From: an uncultured Gemmatimonadaceae bacterium | GTDB taxonomy: Bacteria > Gemmatimonadota > Gemmatimonadetes > Gemmatimonadales > Gemmatimonadaceae | Length of the DNA stretch: 64,000 bases | Direction of reading: 5' to 3' | Assembly (NCBI GenBank): GCA_963751275.1 | Contig: CAVVTZ010000011.1 | Span: 320,001-384,000 of the forward strand | Shown: piece by piece, positions 1 to 12,344 of the stretch | How the letters are laid out: every line of letters begins with the position of its first letter | Position numbering within the stretch: the stretch's first letter is position 1 | Made by a program: the position numbers and the translations under genes | The notes under the pieces: generated by a model | What the model was told of the DNA's origin: nothing | Database searches by the model: none | The model's input: the letters and a program-made list of their open reading frames with translations, nothing else

Positions 1-1840
1 AATCCTCGTAGCCGACGTAGCCCGGAGGCGCGCCGATGAGGCGCGACACGGAGAACTTCTCCATGTACTCGCTCATGTCCACGCGGATCAGCGCCGACGG
101 ATCGGCGAAGAGGAACTTCGCGAGCGCGCGCGCCAGTTCGGTCTTCCCGACGCCCGTGGGGCCGGAGAAGATGAACGACCCGATCGGCCGCGACGGATCC
201 TTGAGCCCCGCGCGGCTGCGCCGGATGGAGCGGCTGAGCGCCTTGATCGCCTCGTCCTGGCCGACCACGCTGGCGTGCAGCTCCTCCTCCATGCGCATCA
301 ACCGCGAACTCTCGGCCTCCTGCAAGCGCGTGACGGGGATGCCCGTCCAGCGGCTGACGATGAAGGCGATCTCCTCCTCGCCGAGCACGGCGCGGAAGGA
401 CTGGCGGCGCTTCTCCCACTCTTCCTGCTGCTTGCGGATCTCGCCCTGCAGCTCCCGCTCGCGGTCGCGCAGCGACGCCGCGCGCTCGAAGTTCTGGTCG
501 CGCACCGCCGCTTCCTTCTCGGCGTTCACGCCCTCGAGCTTCGCTTTGAGCTCCGCCACCTCCGGCGGCGGCGCCTGCGCCGCGAGCCGCGCACGGGCCC
601 CCGCTTCGTCGATCACGTCGATCGCCTTGTCCGGTAGGAAGCGGTCGGTGATGTAGCGCTCCGAGAGTTTCGTCGCGATGACGAGCGTCGAATCGGGGAT
701 CGTGACGTGATGATGATCCTCGTACTTCTTCCGGAGGCCGCGCAGGATCTCCACCGTCTCGTCCACGCTCGGCGGGTCCACGATCACGGTCTGGAAGCGG
801 CGCTCGAGCGCGCCGTCCTTCTCGATGTACTTGCGATACTCGTTGAGCGTGGACGCGCCGACGCACTGCAACTCCCCACGCGCGAGCGCGGGCTTGAGCA
901 TGTTGCTCGCGTCGATCGCCCCTTCGGCCGCGCCGGCGCCGACGAGCGTGTGCAGTTCGTCGATGAACAGGATCACGTTCTTATTCTGCGCGATCTCGTT
1001 CATCACCGCCTTCAGCCGCTCCTCGAATTGGCCGCGGTACTTCGTGCCCGCGATCACCGCCGCCATGTCGAGCGCCAGCACGCGGTTCTCGCGCAGTGAC
1101 TCCGGGCACTCGCCCGTCGCGATGAGCTGCGCGAGCCCCTCGACGATCGCCGTCTTGCCCACACCGGGTTCGCCGATGAGCACCGGGTTGTTCTTCTTCC
1201 GGCGCGTGAGCACCTCCATCACGCGCTGGATCTCCTTCGCGCGGCCGATGGTCGGGTCGAGCTGGCCCTCGGCCGCGAGCATCGTGAGATCGCGGCAGAA
1301 ATGATCGAGCGCCGGCGTCTTGGACTTCTTCTCGCCCTTGGGCGCGGCCGGCGGCGCCGTGGCGCCCGCGGGCGCGGCGGTGCCCGCCGCGGGCATCTCG
1401 GTGCCGAGCAGGCGCAGCGTCTCCGCGCGCGCCGCATCGAGGTTCACCCCCGTCTCGGTGAGCACCTGCGCCGCGATCCCCTTCTCTTCGCGCAGCAGTC
1501 CGAGCAGCAGGTGCTCGGTGCCGACGTAGCTGTGATTGAGTTCGCGCGCCTCGCTCATCGCGAGCTCGAGCACCTTCTTCGCGCGCGTCGTGTACGGCAG
1601 ATCGGGACCCGTGGTCTGCGCGGCTTTCCCCTTCTTGACCGTCTCCTCGATCTTCTGCTGGATCTCGTCGAGGTCCACGCTCAAGTTCTGCAGAACGGCC
1701 GCGGCCACACCTTCCCCCTCGCGGATCAATCCGAGCAGGATGTGTTCCGTGCCGACGTACTCGTGATGGAGACGCGCCGCTTCCTCGCGCGCCATCGCCA
1801 GCACCTTCCGCACCCGTTCCGTGAAGTTGTAGCCGTTCAT
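1..1840 (-). CDS. clpC: ATP-dependent Clp protease ATP-binding subunit ClpC (3' end runs off the window)
   Basis: Own translation from ATG at 1840: [38 protein letters not shown] (Clp N repeats), Walker A GEPGVGKT, second Walker A GPTGVGKT; absent from the ORF track because the stop lies outside the window. Confidence 0.97.
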   Translation of the reverse strand, partial: MNGYNFTERVRKVLAMAREEAARLHHEYVGTEHILLGLIREGEGVAAAVLQNLSVDLDEIQQKIEETVKKGKAAQTTGPDLPYTTRAKKVLELAMSEARELNHSYVGTEHLLLGLLREEKGIAAQVLTETGVNLDAARAETLRLLGTEMPAAGTAAPAGATAPPAAPKGEKKSKTPALDHFCRDLTMLAAEGQLDPTIGRAKEIQRVMEVLTRRKKNNPVLIGEPGVGKTAIVEGLAQLIATGECPESLRENRVLALDMAAVIAGTKYRGQFEERLKAVMNEIAQNKNVILFIDELHTLVGAGAAEGAIDASNMLKPALARGELQCVGASTLNEYRKYIEKDGALERRFQTVIVDPPSVDETVEILRGLRKKYEDHHHVTIPDSTLVIATKLSERYITDRFLPDKAIDVIDEAGARARLAAQAPPPEVAELKAKLEGVNAEKEAAVRDQNFERAASLRDRERELQGEIRKQQEEWEKRRQSFRAVLGEEEIAFIVSRWTGIPVTRLQEAESSRLMRMEEELHASVVGQDEAIKALSRSIRRSRAGLKDPSRPIGSFIFSGPTGVGKTELARALAKFLFADPSALIRVDMSEYMEKFSVSRLIGAPPGYVGYED

Positions 1841-1873
1841 AGGTCCCTCAATGACGGGCACCCGGAGAATGGG

Positions 1874-2959
1874 TCAGCCCTTTGTCACCGCTTCGTCGGC
1901 CAGAGTCTGCCGGACGTACCGCGCGCGGGCCACGTTCGCCTCGCTCTCGGTGAGCGTCCGTCCTTCACGCTGCGACAGATGTGCCGACTGCGAAAAGATC
2001 AGGAGCTTGTTGAGGGTATATACACTCAGACCGGGGACCAGTTTCAGACCGACAGCCAAGCGCACGCCACTCAGGTAGTTCATCGCCTCTTCGAACGAGA
2101 GACTCCGCGCATAGCGCAGCGTCCCGTACGCCCGCCAAAGCTTGTCTTCTATAATATAACCGGCGTCCCGCAACAATACACGTCTCGCCTCCTCCTCCCG
2201 CGCCACGACCGTCCGCAGGATGTGCATCAACTGCTCGATGATCTCGTCCTCGGATCTCCCCAGCGTCGTCTGATTGGAGATCTGGAAGAAATTCCCGACC
2301 ACCTCACTGCCTTCGCCATAGAGCCCGCGGTAGGTCAACCCGATCGCCTGGAGACCGGTGAGGGTCTTCGCGATCTCCTTCGTGAGCACGAGCCCCGGCA
2401 GGTGCATCAGCACCGACGCCCGCATCCCCGTGCCGGTGTTCGTCGGGCACGACGTGAGGAAGCCGAACTCCCGGTGGAACGCGTACGGCACGCGCGCGCC
2501 CAGATCGTCATCCAGCCGCTGGATCGCCGCGTACGCGCCCGTCAGATCGAACCCGGAGCGCAGCGTCTGCAGCCGGAGGTGATCCTCCTCATTCACCATG
2601 ACGCCCGAACCGTCCCCGAGGAAAACCGCGGCGCCGCTGCGCACGGGGTGCTGCGGGTCGAGACCGGCCAGCTCGCGGCTCACCAGGTGCCGCTCGTGGA
2701 GCAGCATCCGCTCGTCGCCGCCCAGTTCGTCCACGCGCACGAGCAGGCTGCCGGCCAGCGCCGGCGTCTCCGCCACCGCCTCTCGCACCCGAGTCAGGAT
2801 CCGGAGGCGCTCGCCTTCCCGCGCCCGCCCCGGGAAGGCGAAGCCCTCGAGGTTCCGGGCCAGCCGGATGCGCGTAGAGAGCACCGTGCCCGCATGCTCG
2901 CCCGACGCATCGAGCCAGTTCACCCCGCCGTCGGGGAGCAGCGAGAGATCGAGGGTCAT
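1874..2959 (-). CDS. mcsB: Protein arginine kinase McsB
   Basis: STRIRLARNL, MVNEEDHLR, GFLTSCPTNTGTGMRASV guanido-phosphotransferase motifs; start MTLDLS at 2959 overlaps the mcsA stop; lies upstream of clpC. Confidence 0.95.
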   Translation of the reverse strand: MTLDLSLLPDGGVNWLDASGEHAGTVLSTRIRLARNLEGFAFPGRAREGERLRILTRVREAVAETPALAGSLLVRVDELGGDERMLLHERHLVSRELAGLDPQHPVRSGAAVFLGDGSGVMVNEEDHLRLQTLRSGFDLTGAYAAIQRLDDDLGARVPYAFHREFGFLTSCPTNTGTGMRASVLMHLPGLVLTKEIAKTLTGLQAIGLTYRGLYGEGSEVVGNFFQISNQTTLGRSEDEIIEQLMHILRTVVAREEEARRVLLRDAGYIIEDKLWRAYGTLRYARSLSFEEAMNYLSGVRLAVGLKLVPGLSVYTLNKLLIFSQSAHLSQREGRTLTESEANVARARYVRQTLADEAVTKG

Positions 2960-3444
2960 TCGATCACCTTGATCTGGTCGCGGAGCTTGGCCGCCTCCTC
3001 GAACTGCTCCTGGTCGATCGCGCGCTTGAGCCGGTCGCGCAGCTCGGTGAGCACACTCCCGCCCTCTTCCGGCGCCCCGTGCGGCGGCGCGTAGTCCTTG
3101 CCCTGGTGCTTGGAGTTCCCATGCACCCGCCGCAGCAGCTCGCGCAGATTCGCCTCGAACGTCCCGTAGCAGTACGCGCAACCCAGCCGCCCGGTGTTCT
3201 TGAAATCGCGCAGCGTGGCCTGGCAGAAGGCGCAGCGCACGCCGTCCGCCTCGCCCGAGGTGATCGACTTCTGCTGCACCGCCAGGATGAAATCGGCGAG
3301 CGGCTGCTTGGGCGTCGAGAGCTGCGTCTCGATGCCGCGCTCGGCCGCGCACTTCTCGCAGAGGTTGAGCTGTTTCACCGGCGGCTCGGTCACCTGCGTG
3401 ACCTGGATGACGGCGTCGCGCTCCCGGCAATTGTCGCAGAGCAT
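2956..3444 (-). CDS. mcsA: McsA, zinc-finger/UVR-domain activator of McsB
   Basis: Four CxxC motifs (CDNC, CEKC, CAFC, CAYC), GRLGC, C-terminal UVR motif EQFEEAAKLRDQIK. Confidence 0.93.
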   Translation of the reverse strand: MLCDNCRERDAVIQVTQVTEPPVKQLNLCEKCAAERGIETQLSTPKQPLADFILAVQQKSITSGEADGVRCAFCQATLRDFKNTGRLGCAYCYGTFEANLRELLRRVHGNSKHQGKDYAPPHGAPEEGGSVLTELRDRLKRAIDQEQFEEAAKLRDQIKVIE

Positions 3445-4145
3445 CAGGCCATCACCTCCCGCCGCGCCGCCGTGTCGCGCAATTTCCCATCTTCCAACAG
3501 CAGCACGCGATCGGCGCGCGCGGCCAGCGCCGGATTGTGCGTCACCACGACCATCGCGAGCTCCAGATCGCGCACGACGCGCGTGAACTCGTCGTGCAGC
3601 CGCTCGGCGTTCGCGTGGTCGAGATTCCCCGACGGCTCGTCGGCCAGCACCACCGCCGGATCCATTACGAGCGCACGCGCGACCGCCGTGCGCTGCTGCT
3701 CGCCGCCCGACAGTTCGCCCGGCCGGTGGCTCATGCGCGCCGCCAGCCCCACGCGATCGAGCAATTCGGTCGCGCGCACCCGGGCCCGCGGTGGTTCCCA
3801 TCCGGCGATCAGCATCGGCATCATGACGTTCTCGAGCGCCGAGAACTCGCGCAGAAGGTGATGGAACTGGAATACGAATCCGACACGCCGGTTGCGGAGT
3901 TCCGCGAGCGCTTCATCGGAGCGCCCCGCCACGGCCTCGCCGGCCAGCAGCACGGTCCCGCTGGATGGACGATCCAGCGCCCCGAGGAGATGCAACAGCG
4001 TGCTCTTCCCCGCGCCGCTCGCGCCCATGACCGCCACGAGCTCACCGCGGCGCACGTCGAGCGAGATGCCGTCGAGCACATCCACCCGGCCGCCGTCGCC
4101 GCCGATGAAGACCTTCGTGAGGTCCCGCGCTTCGATCGCGTTCAT
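3444..4145 (-). CDS. lolD: Lipoprotein-releasing ABC transporter ATP-binding protein LolD
   Basis: GASGAGKST, LSGGEQQR, LADEPSGNLD, VVTH; downstream of a LolC/E permease. Confidence 0.9.
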   Translation of the reverse strand: MNAIEARDLTKVFIGGDGGRVDVLDGISLDVRRGELVAVMGASGAGKSTLLHLLGALDRPSSGTVLLAGEAVAGRSDEALAELRNRRVGFVFQFHHLLREFSALENVMMPMLIAGWEPPRARVRATELLDRVGLAARMSHRPGELSGGEQQRTAVARALVMDPAVVLADEPSGNLDHANAERLHDEFTRVVRDLELAMVVVTHNPALAARADRVLLLEDGKLRDTAARREVMA

Positions 4146-5386
4146 TCGTGCCGGATCGCCTCGAGCGGATAGAGTCGCGCCGCCTGGATCGCCGGATACA
4201 CGGTGGCCACGACGGCGATCGCCACGCTCGCGAGGATGATCCACGCCACGTCGAACGGCGTGATCCGTACGGGCAGGTGATCGATGAAATATACCTGCGG
4301 GTCCAGGCTGATGAGCTTCGCGCGGTCGATGAGCTCGCCGGCCGCGATGCCGAGGGTCGCACCGAGCAGCGTGCCGGCCGCGCCGATCACGATCCCCTGC
4401 AAGAGGAACACCCGCCGCACCACGGCGGCGCGCATCCCCATCGCCTTGAGGATCCCGATCTCGCGGGTCTTGTCCTTCACGACCATCGTGAGCGTGCTCA
4501 CGACGTTGAACGCCGCCACGAGCATGATCAGCAGCAGAATGAAGCGCATGCCGAGCTTCTCGAGCTTTAGCGCCTGGAAGAGCTGTGCGTTCTGCTCCTC
4601 CCAGTCCTGCACGCGGTACGGGTAGCCGAGCTTGTCCTGCAGCTTCGCGGCGAGATCCGGCGCCTGGAACCGGTCGGCCGCCTTGACCTCGATCCCCGTC
4701 ACCGCGCCGCCCAGCCCCGCGAACTCCTGCGCCACATCGAGCGCGACGTACACGTAGGCGTTGTCGTACTCGTACATGCCGCTGCGGAAGACGCCGGTCA
4801 CTTCCAGGCGCGTGAGCTTGGGCACGATCCCGCCTACCGCCGCATTGAACTTGGGCGACGCGGTGATCAGCGTGATCGTGTCGCCCGGATAGGCGTTGAG
4901 GCGCTCCGCGAACCGTCGGCCGAGCACCGCGCCGCGGAACTTCCCGTCGGAACTCGCGAACTGGAAATTCCCCTGCACCGCGTACTTCCGGATGTCGGTC
5001 ACCGGCTGCAGCACGCGCAATTCCGGTTCGATCCCCGAGACGAACACGCCCTCGAAGTAGTCGTGCCCCGAGGTCGCGAGACCCTGCGTGAGCACGAATG
5101 GCGCCGCCGCGACGACGCCGGGCTGCGCCCGCACGGTGTCGAGCGCACCTTCCCAGTGTTCGAGGCGCAGATTCTCGCCGAAGCTCAGCACGCGCAGGTC
5201 GGGCGAGCCGATCAGGATCTTCTCGCGCAGACTCCCTCTGCATCCCCGTCATCACGCCGTTGATCACGATCAGCGCCGCGACGCCCACCACGATCCCGCC
5301 GATCGCGATCGCGCTGATGAACGAGAAGAGCCGCGAGGTGCCACGGCTCCGCAGGTACCGCCACGCGATGGCGAATTCCAGCCGCG

Positions 5387-5390
<4 letters not shown>
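4142..5390 (-). CDS. lolE: Lipoprotein-releasing ABC transporter permease LolC/E (apparent frameshift near 5230)
   Basis: N-terminus [35 protein letters not shown] in one frame; MacB/FtsX body with [12 protein letters not shown] in another frame. Confidence 0.88.
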
Positions 5391-6903
<1,513 letters not shown>

Positions 6904-6907
<4 letters not shown>

Positions 6908-8023
6908 CCGCGGCGTGTCGTCGCTCCGCCCTCGCTTAGGTACGCCTCGATGAACGGATCGATCGCCCCGTCCATCACCTTCTGCACATCCGGATCTTCA
7001 GCTCGGTGCGGTGGTCGTTCACCATCGTGTACGGCTGGAAGACGTAGCTGCGGATCTGGCTGCCGAACGAGACGTCGGCTCTTGGTGGCGTCGAGCTTCG
7101 CGCGCTTCTTCTCGCCTGCTCCTCCACCTCGCGCTGGTACAGCCGGTTCTTCAGCATCTTCATCGCCGTCGCCTTGTTCTTGCACTGCGACCGCTCCTGC
7201 TGGCACGTCACCACGATGCCCGATGGGATGTGCGTGAGGCGCACCGCCGAGCTCGTCTTGTTGACGTGCTGACCGCCCGCGCCCGACGCGCGGAACACAT
7301 CCATCCGGATGTCCTCGTCGCTGAGTTCGATGTTGATCTCGTCGTCCACCACGGGATACACGAACACCGACGCGAAGCTCGTGTGGCGCCGCGCCTGCGA
7401 ATCGAACGGCGAGATCCGCACCAGGCGGTGCACGCCCGCCTCCGCGCCGCAGGAATCCGTACGCGTACGGGCCGTTGATCTCGAGCATCGCGCCCTTGAT
7501 GCCCGCTTCCTCGCCCTCGCTCAGGTCGAGCACTTCCACTGAGAAGCCGCGCCGCTCCGCCCACCGCGTGTACATGCGCATGAGCATCTGCGCCCAGTCC
7601 TGCGCCTCGGTGCCGCCGGCGCCGGCGCTGATCTCCAGCATCGCGTCGCGGTGATCGTCGGGACCCTGCATGAGAGCGCGCAACTCCAGCGCCGGCACCT
7701 CGGACTCGAGCGCCTCGATGTCGCGGTCCAACTCGCCGGCCATCTCCTCATCCGGCTCGGCCGCGAGCAACTCCTCCATCTCGACATCCGACTTCACGCG
7801 AGCGCTCAGCCGGTCGTACGGCTCGAGCCAGCCTTTGATCGCGTTCGCTTGCGCGATCACTCCGCGCGCGCGCTCCTGATCGTTCCAGAAACCATCGGCG
7901 GCCATGCGCGCTTCCAATTCGCCGAGCGCACCCCGCTTCGCGTCGAGGTCAAAGATACCCCCTTAGCTCAGCGAGCCGCTCTTCGTGTCTCTTCAATCGG
8001 CGCGCACGTTCGGTCTCGGCCAT
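6904..8023 (-). CDS. prfB: Peptide chain release factor 2 (programmed +1 frameshift plus extra apparent indels)
   Basis: [13 protein letters not shown] recognition tripeptide (ISPFD), [16 protein letters not shown]; first frame ends ..RGYL at CTT TGA C. Confidence 0.96.
7948..7963 (-). promoter_or_regulatory. prfB autoregulatory +1 frameshift site
   Basis: Minus strand reads AGGGGG TAT CTT TGA C: internal SD-like element followed by the canonical slippery stop. Confidence 0.95.
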
Positions 8024-8141
8024 GGCTCTCGCGTGGGTACATGGAAAAGGAACGAGCCGCCAAGCCAAGCCAGCGCCCGACGGCTCGCCAACACCTGACA
8101 ATATAAGGAGTTGAGCGCCCGGAATAAAGGACAATCTGATG

Positions 8142-8201
8142 GTCTAACGGCTAACGTCGCTCTCTTGTTCTAACGGCTAACGTCGACGTCGGCCGTTAGA
8201 A
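8142..8201. repeat. Direct plus inverted repeat hairpin built from CTAACG(G/T) units
   Basis: TCTAACGGCTAACGTCG at 8143-8159 and 8169-8185; TTCTAACGGC (8168-8177) is the reverse complement of GCCGTTAGAA (8192-8201), which contains the upstream gene's stop codon. Confidence 0.8.
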
Positions 8202-9132
8202 GACCTTCGCGCCATGCGCAAGAACGTCATTCAACGCATCCTGGAAATGCGTCGTTGAGTCCGCGAATTCCTTCCCCATCTGGTCCATGTATTCCTCGTA
8301 GCTCTTCTTGATCTCCTCGCGGAAGAGCTCACGGAGCGTGCCGTTCTTCACGCCCTCCTGATGCTTCTCGGGAAAGTACGCGACAATGTCCGATACCAGC
8401 GCGCGCGCCAGCCGCTTCGCCTTCTGGTTCGGGTCGTTGGCCAGGAACGGGTTGATCGGCGCGCGCGCACCGCTGACGGCGGCCGTGGTGCGCTGGCCGG
8501 GTCCGCTCGTGCGTGCCGGCGCGGGCGGAGCGACGGGCGCGGCGGGCGGCGGGGCGACCGGAGCGACCGGCATGACGGGCGCCATCGGTGCCGCGGCCGC
8601 GGGCGGCGCCGCGACAGGCGCATTCATCCGGAACGGTGGCGGGACCGCGGGCGCGGCGGGCGGCGCCACGGACGCGGTCGCCGGCGGCGCCATCGGGCGC
8701 GGCGCGGCGGGACGCACCTGCGTTGGCATCGGCGCGGCCGCGCGCGGCTGCGGGCGCGCGATGAACGCGGGCGTTTCGACGGGCGGACGCGGCGCAGGCA
8801 TCGCCGGTGCGGCCGGCGGCGCAGGCGGCGCCTGCGGCACCGGTGCGCGCACCGGCACCGAGAACCTCGGCGCCGCGGGTGCAGCGGGCGCCGCTGGCGC
8901 CGCGGGTGCGGCCGGCGACGCCGCGAGGCCCGGCCGAGCTTGCGCTGGCGCGGGGATCCCCGCGCCGAATCCGCTCATCGCGGCCGCCGCGTTCCCGCCA
9001 AGACTGGATCCGGAATCGCCGATCGCGATCACGCCGCCGCATACCGAGCAGCGCGCGCGCACCCCGCCCAACGGGATCTTGGCGGGGTCCACGCGGAAGA
9101 TCGAACCGCACTCGCGGACAAATGACGTTCAT
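8196..9132 (-). CDS. MJ0042-type zinc-ribbon protein with Pro/Ala linker and C-terminal RomX-like domain (apparent 1-bp insertion near 9114)
   Basis: Removing one base gives MNVICPECGSIFRVDPAKIPLGGVRARCSVCG; ~190 aa P/A-rich linker; C-terminus KAKRLARALVSDIVAY...HFQDALNDVL. Confidence 0.8.
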
Positions 9133-9158
9133 CGCTCTCTCAGCCGTCTCGCTTCAGC

Positions 9159-10128
9159 TCAGCGTTCGGACGCGCCCACCGGCGCGCCCACGATCGGATC
9201 ATGCCGCCGGTCGACCACGTACACCGAGCCCGGCAGCGTCTTCGCATAACTCTTCATTTCCGTCGCCAGCTCGCTCACCTGCGCCGGATGCGTGAACGCG
9301 CGGCGCTCATTCGTCACCACCCCGATCGAAACCGTCATCAGCGGCACGCGATGCAGCTGGCCGCGCCGGTCCTTCCCGAAGAAATATCCAGCCAAACGGT
9401 CCTGTTCGGAATACTGGCACGGCACGAGCGCATCGAAGATCGAGACGATCTCCTGGCAGATCTCCGGCGCCGAGCGCACCGGCACGATGAGAGATGAAGT
9501 CGTCGCCCCCGATGTGCCCCACGAATCCGTCCTCCGGACAATAGCCGCGGGCGACGTCGTGCAGGATCTTCGCCAGGATCCGGATGACGCGATCGCCTTC
9601 ATAATAGCTATAGCGGTCGTTGTATTCCTTGAAATGATCCAGGTCGGCATAACATGCCGCGAACGTCTCCCCCGCCGCCAGTCTCCGGCCGATCTCGGCC
9701 TCGATCTCAGGCGCGCCCGGCAGGCGCGTGGAGGGATGCACGTGCACGTCGCGGTCCGCCCGGCGGAGCATGACGTCCAGCCGCAGCACGGCTTCGTCGC
9801 CCGGCGTGCCGGGGAGGAGCACTTCATCGGCGCCGGCCTGGAAGGCGGCGGCGAGCGCCGCACCGCCGTCGGCGGCGAGCACGCCGCCAGGCACCACACC
9901 CGTGTAGGGATCGCCCTTCAGCCGGCGGCAGGCGGTGAGCGCCGCGTCCGGCACCGTGCGCGCATCGAACACGACCACCGAGGGGCGGCCACGGAGCGCC
10001 ATCGCCATAAGGTCGTCCACCCGTTGGCAGACGACCATGCCCAGAGCACGCGACTCGAACCACCCACGCAGATATTCGGGTGGCGTCGTCGCGTCCGGGG
10101 AGAAGTACACGGCGTGGGGCTGGGCCAC
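9159..10128 (-). CDS. Degenerate-receiver / GGDEF-family diguanylate cyclase-like protein (apparent frameshift near 9490)
   Basis: TRLPG, YADLDHFKEYNDRYSYYEGD, GHIGGDDF, then MTVSIGVV in another frame; N-terminal REC-like region (GADEVL). Confidence 0.85.
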
Positions 10129-10220
10129 GCTAGGCGGTCCTCGGGGCGAAAGGCGTCAGTGGTCCGGCCGCCGCTGTAAGTCCAAGAGTGGCTTGCAAGT
10201 CGGCTGGTATACGTGGACGA

Positions 10221-11273
10221 CTAGAAAAAGTAGAACGCAACCCCGAGCACCGAATAGACGAGCAGCAGGAACGCACCCTCCAGCCAGTTCGATTCCCCAT
10301 CCTGCACGATCACCGACGCGATCCACACCGCGAGCGCCACGCTCGCCACCTCGAACACCGAGAACGCGAGGTCCATCGGCTGGCCGAACATGAGCCCGGC
10401 GAATACCAGCAGCGGGGCGACGAGCAGCGCCACCTGCACCGTGGAGCCGAGCGCGATGCCGATCGCGAGGTCCATCCGGTTCCGGGTGGCCATGATCACC
10501 GCCGTGCTGTGCTCGGCGGCGTTGCCGATGATCGGCACCAGCACGATGCCGACGAAGAATTCCGAGAGCCCGGTGGCCGCCACGGCACCGCGCGTGGCGC
10601 CGACGAGCAACTCGGACATCCAGGCGAGCCCGGCCGACACCGCCACCAGCACGACGACCGTCCGGCGCAGCGACCATTCCGGCGCGTGCTCCCCGCCCGA
10701 GACCTCCCCGCCCGCCCCGAATGCGGCGCGGTGCGTGCCCATGGAATAGACCAGCGAGAGCGCGTACCCGATCACGAGGAGTGCGGCGACGAATTCCGAC
10801 ATCTTCACCGTGAGCCGGTGCGTCGGATCGGGATGCGACAGGTGGAAGAGCGCCGGCACGACGAGCCCCACCACGGCGACGACGAGCAACGACGTGTTCA
10901 TCCCGGCGAGCTGCCGGCTGAAGCGCTGCGTCTGGAACTTGAGACCGCCGGCGAACTGCGCGGCGCCGAGCACCAACAACAGATTCCCGAGGATCGAACC
11001 GGTGATCGACGCCTTGACGAGATCGACCATGCCCGCGCGCAGCGCGAGCACGCCGATGATGAGTTCCGCGAGATTGCCGAGCGACGCGTTGAGTACACCG
11101 CCCACCAGCGGGCCCGCGTGCCCCGCGAGCTCCTCGGTGGCGTCGCCCAGCAGCGCCGAGAGGGGGACGATGGCCAACGCGCTCACCGCGAACACGGCGA
11201 TCGGCGAGGCGCCGAACCATTGGGCGGCGATCGCGACCGGGATGAGCGCGAGGAGCCAACGGACGGGTCTCAC
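10221..11273 (-). CDS. cax: Calcium/proton exchanger (CaCA family)
   Basis: Alpha repeats LNASLGNLAELI and IIGNAAEH, GSILGNLLLVLG, DGESNWLEG; about 10 hydrophobic segments. Confidence 0.93.
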   Translation of the reverse strand: MRPVRWLLALIPVAIAAQWFGASPIAVFAVSALAIVPLSALLGDATEELAGHAGPLVGGVLNASLGNLAELIIGVLALRAGMVDLVKASITGSILGNLLLVLGAAQFAGGLKFQTQRFSRQLAGMNTSLLVVAVVGLVVPALFHLSHPDPTHRLTVKMSEFVAALLVIGYALSLVYSMGTHRAAFGAGGEVSGGEHAPEWSLRRTVVVLVAVSAGLAWMSELLVGATRGAVAATGLSEFFVGIVLVPIIGNAAEHSTAVIMATRNRMDLAIGIALGSTVQVALLVAPLLVFAGLMFGQPMDLAFSVFEVASVALAVWIASVIVQDGESNWLEGAFLLLVYSVLGVAFYFF

Positions 11274-11298
11274 GCGCGACGGATCCCGGCGCCCCGGC

Positions 11299-11466
11299 TC
11301 ACAGCGGCGCGGCCTCGTCGATCAGCATGATGGGGATCCCGTCGCGCACCGGGTACTTGAGGCGGCAGGCCGGGCACACGAGGGCCGGCTCGGCGGCGCG
11401 GAATTCCAGTTCGCCCCGGCACTTCGGGCACACCAGGAGTTCCAGCAATTGCGGCGGCAGCGTCAT
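11299..11466 (-). CDS. Trm112/YcaR family small protein
   Basis: [35 protein letters not shown]. Confidence 0.9.
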   Translation of the reverse strand: MTLPPQLLELLVCPKCRGELEFRAAEPALVCPACRLKYPVRDGIPIMLIDEAAPL

Positions 11467-11471
11467 GGGGC

Positions 11472-12344
11472 TCACTCCTCCGGCATCGCGTAGCCGAACC
11501 GGCGCAGCGCGTTCTGGTCGCGCCGCCAGTTCGGGAGCACCTTCACCCACAGGTCGAGATAGATCTTCTCGTCGATGAGCGTCTCGATCTTCGCGCGGGC
11601 CGTCACGCCGATCGCGCGAATGCGGGCGCCCTTGTCCCCGATGACGATCGCCTTCTGGCTGTCGCGTTCGACATAGAGGACCGCACGAATGTACACCGGT
11701 TTGGGTTCCTCGCGGAACTCCTCGATCTCGCAGGCCACGGAGTACGGCACTTCCTCCTCGAGCTGTTCGAGGGCGGTCTCGCGGATGAGCTCGGCGGCGA
11801 AGAAGCGCACTGGCTGCGCCGCGACGTCATCGGCGGGATAGAGGAACGGGCCTTCGGGGAGCGCGGCCGTGATCGCGGCGAGGAGATCTTCTATGCCGTG
11901 GCCGGTGCGCGCGGAGACGAGGACGGCGCCGGGATTCTGCTCGGCGAGCTTCGCGCGGGCGTTGGCGTCGAGCGTGTCGCACTTGTTGAGCACCGTGATG
12001 ACGGGCGCGCGCGGCGGGCGTTCGAGCCCCGCGGCGGCCTCGAGCGGGGCCGGCGTGCCGTGGCGCGCGTCGGCCAGGTAGACGATGACGTCGGCGTCGG
12101 TGATGGCGCGAACGGCGGTGCGGCGCATGGCGTGCTGGAGCGGATATTCGGGATCGAGGAGGCCGGGCGCATCGACGAGCACCATTTGCGCATCGCCCGC
12201 GGTGTGCAGCCCGAGGACGCGGGCGCGCGTGGACTGCACTTTGGCGCTGGTGATGGAGAGTTTCTGCCCGACGAGCTTGTTGAGGAGCGTGGATTTTCCG
12301 GCGTTGGGTTTGCCGGCGATGGCGACGAAGCCGGAGCGGGTCAT
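11472..12344 (-). CDS. era: GTPase Era
   Basis: [27 protein letters not shown] domain [21 protein letters not shown]. Confidence 0.97.
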   Translation of the reverse strand: MTRSGFVAIAGKPNAGKSTLLNKLVGQKLSITSAKVQSTRARVLGLHTAGDAQMVLVDAPGLLDPEYPLQHAMRRTAVRAITDADVIVYLADARHGTPAPLEAAAGLERPPRAPVITVLNKCDTLDANARAKLAEQNPGAVLVSARTGHGIEDLLAAITAALPEGPFLYPADDVAAQPVRFFAAELIRETALEQLEEEVPYSVACEIEEFREEPKPVYIRAVLYVERDSQKAIVIGDKGARIRAIGVTARAKIETLIDEKIYLDLWVKVLPNWRRDQNALRRFGYAMPEE

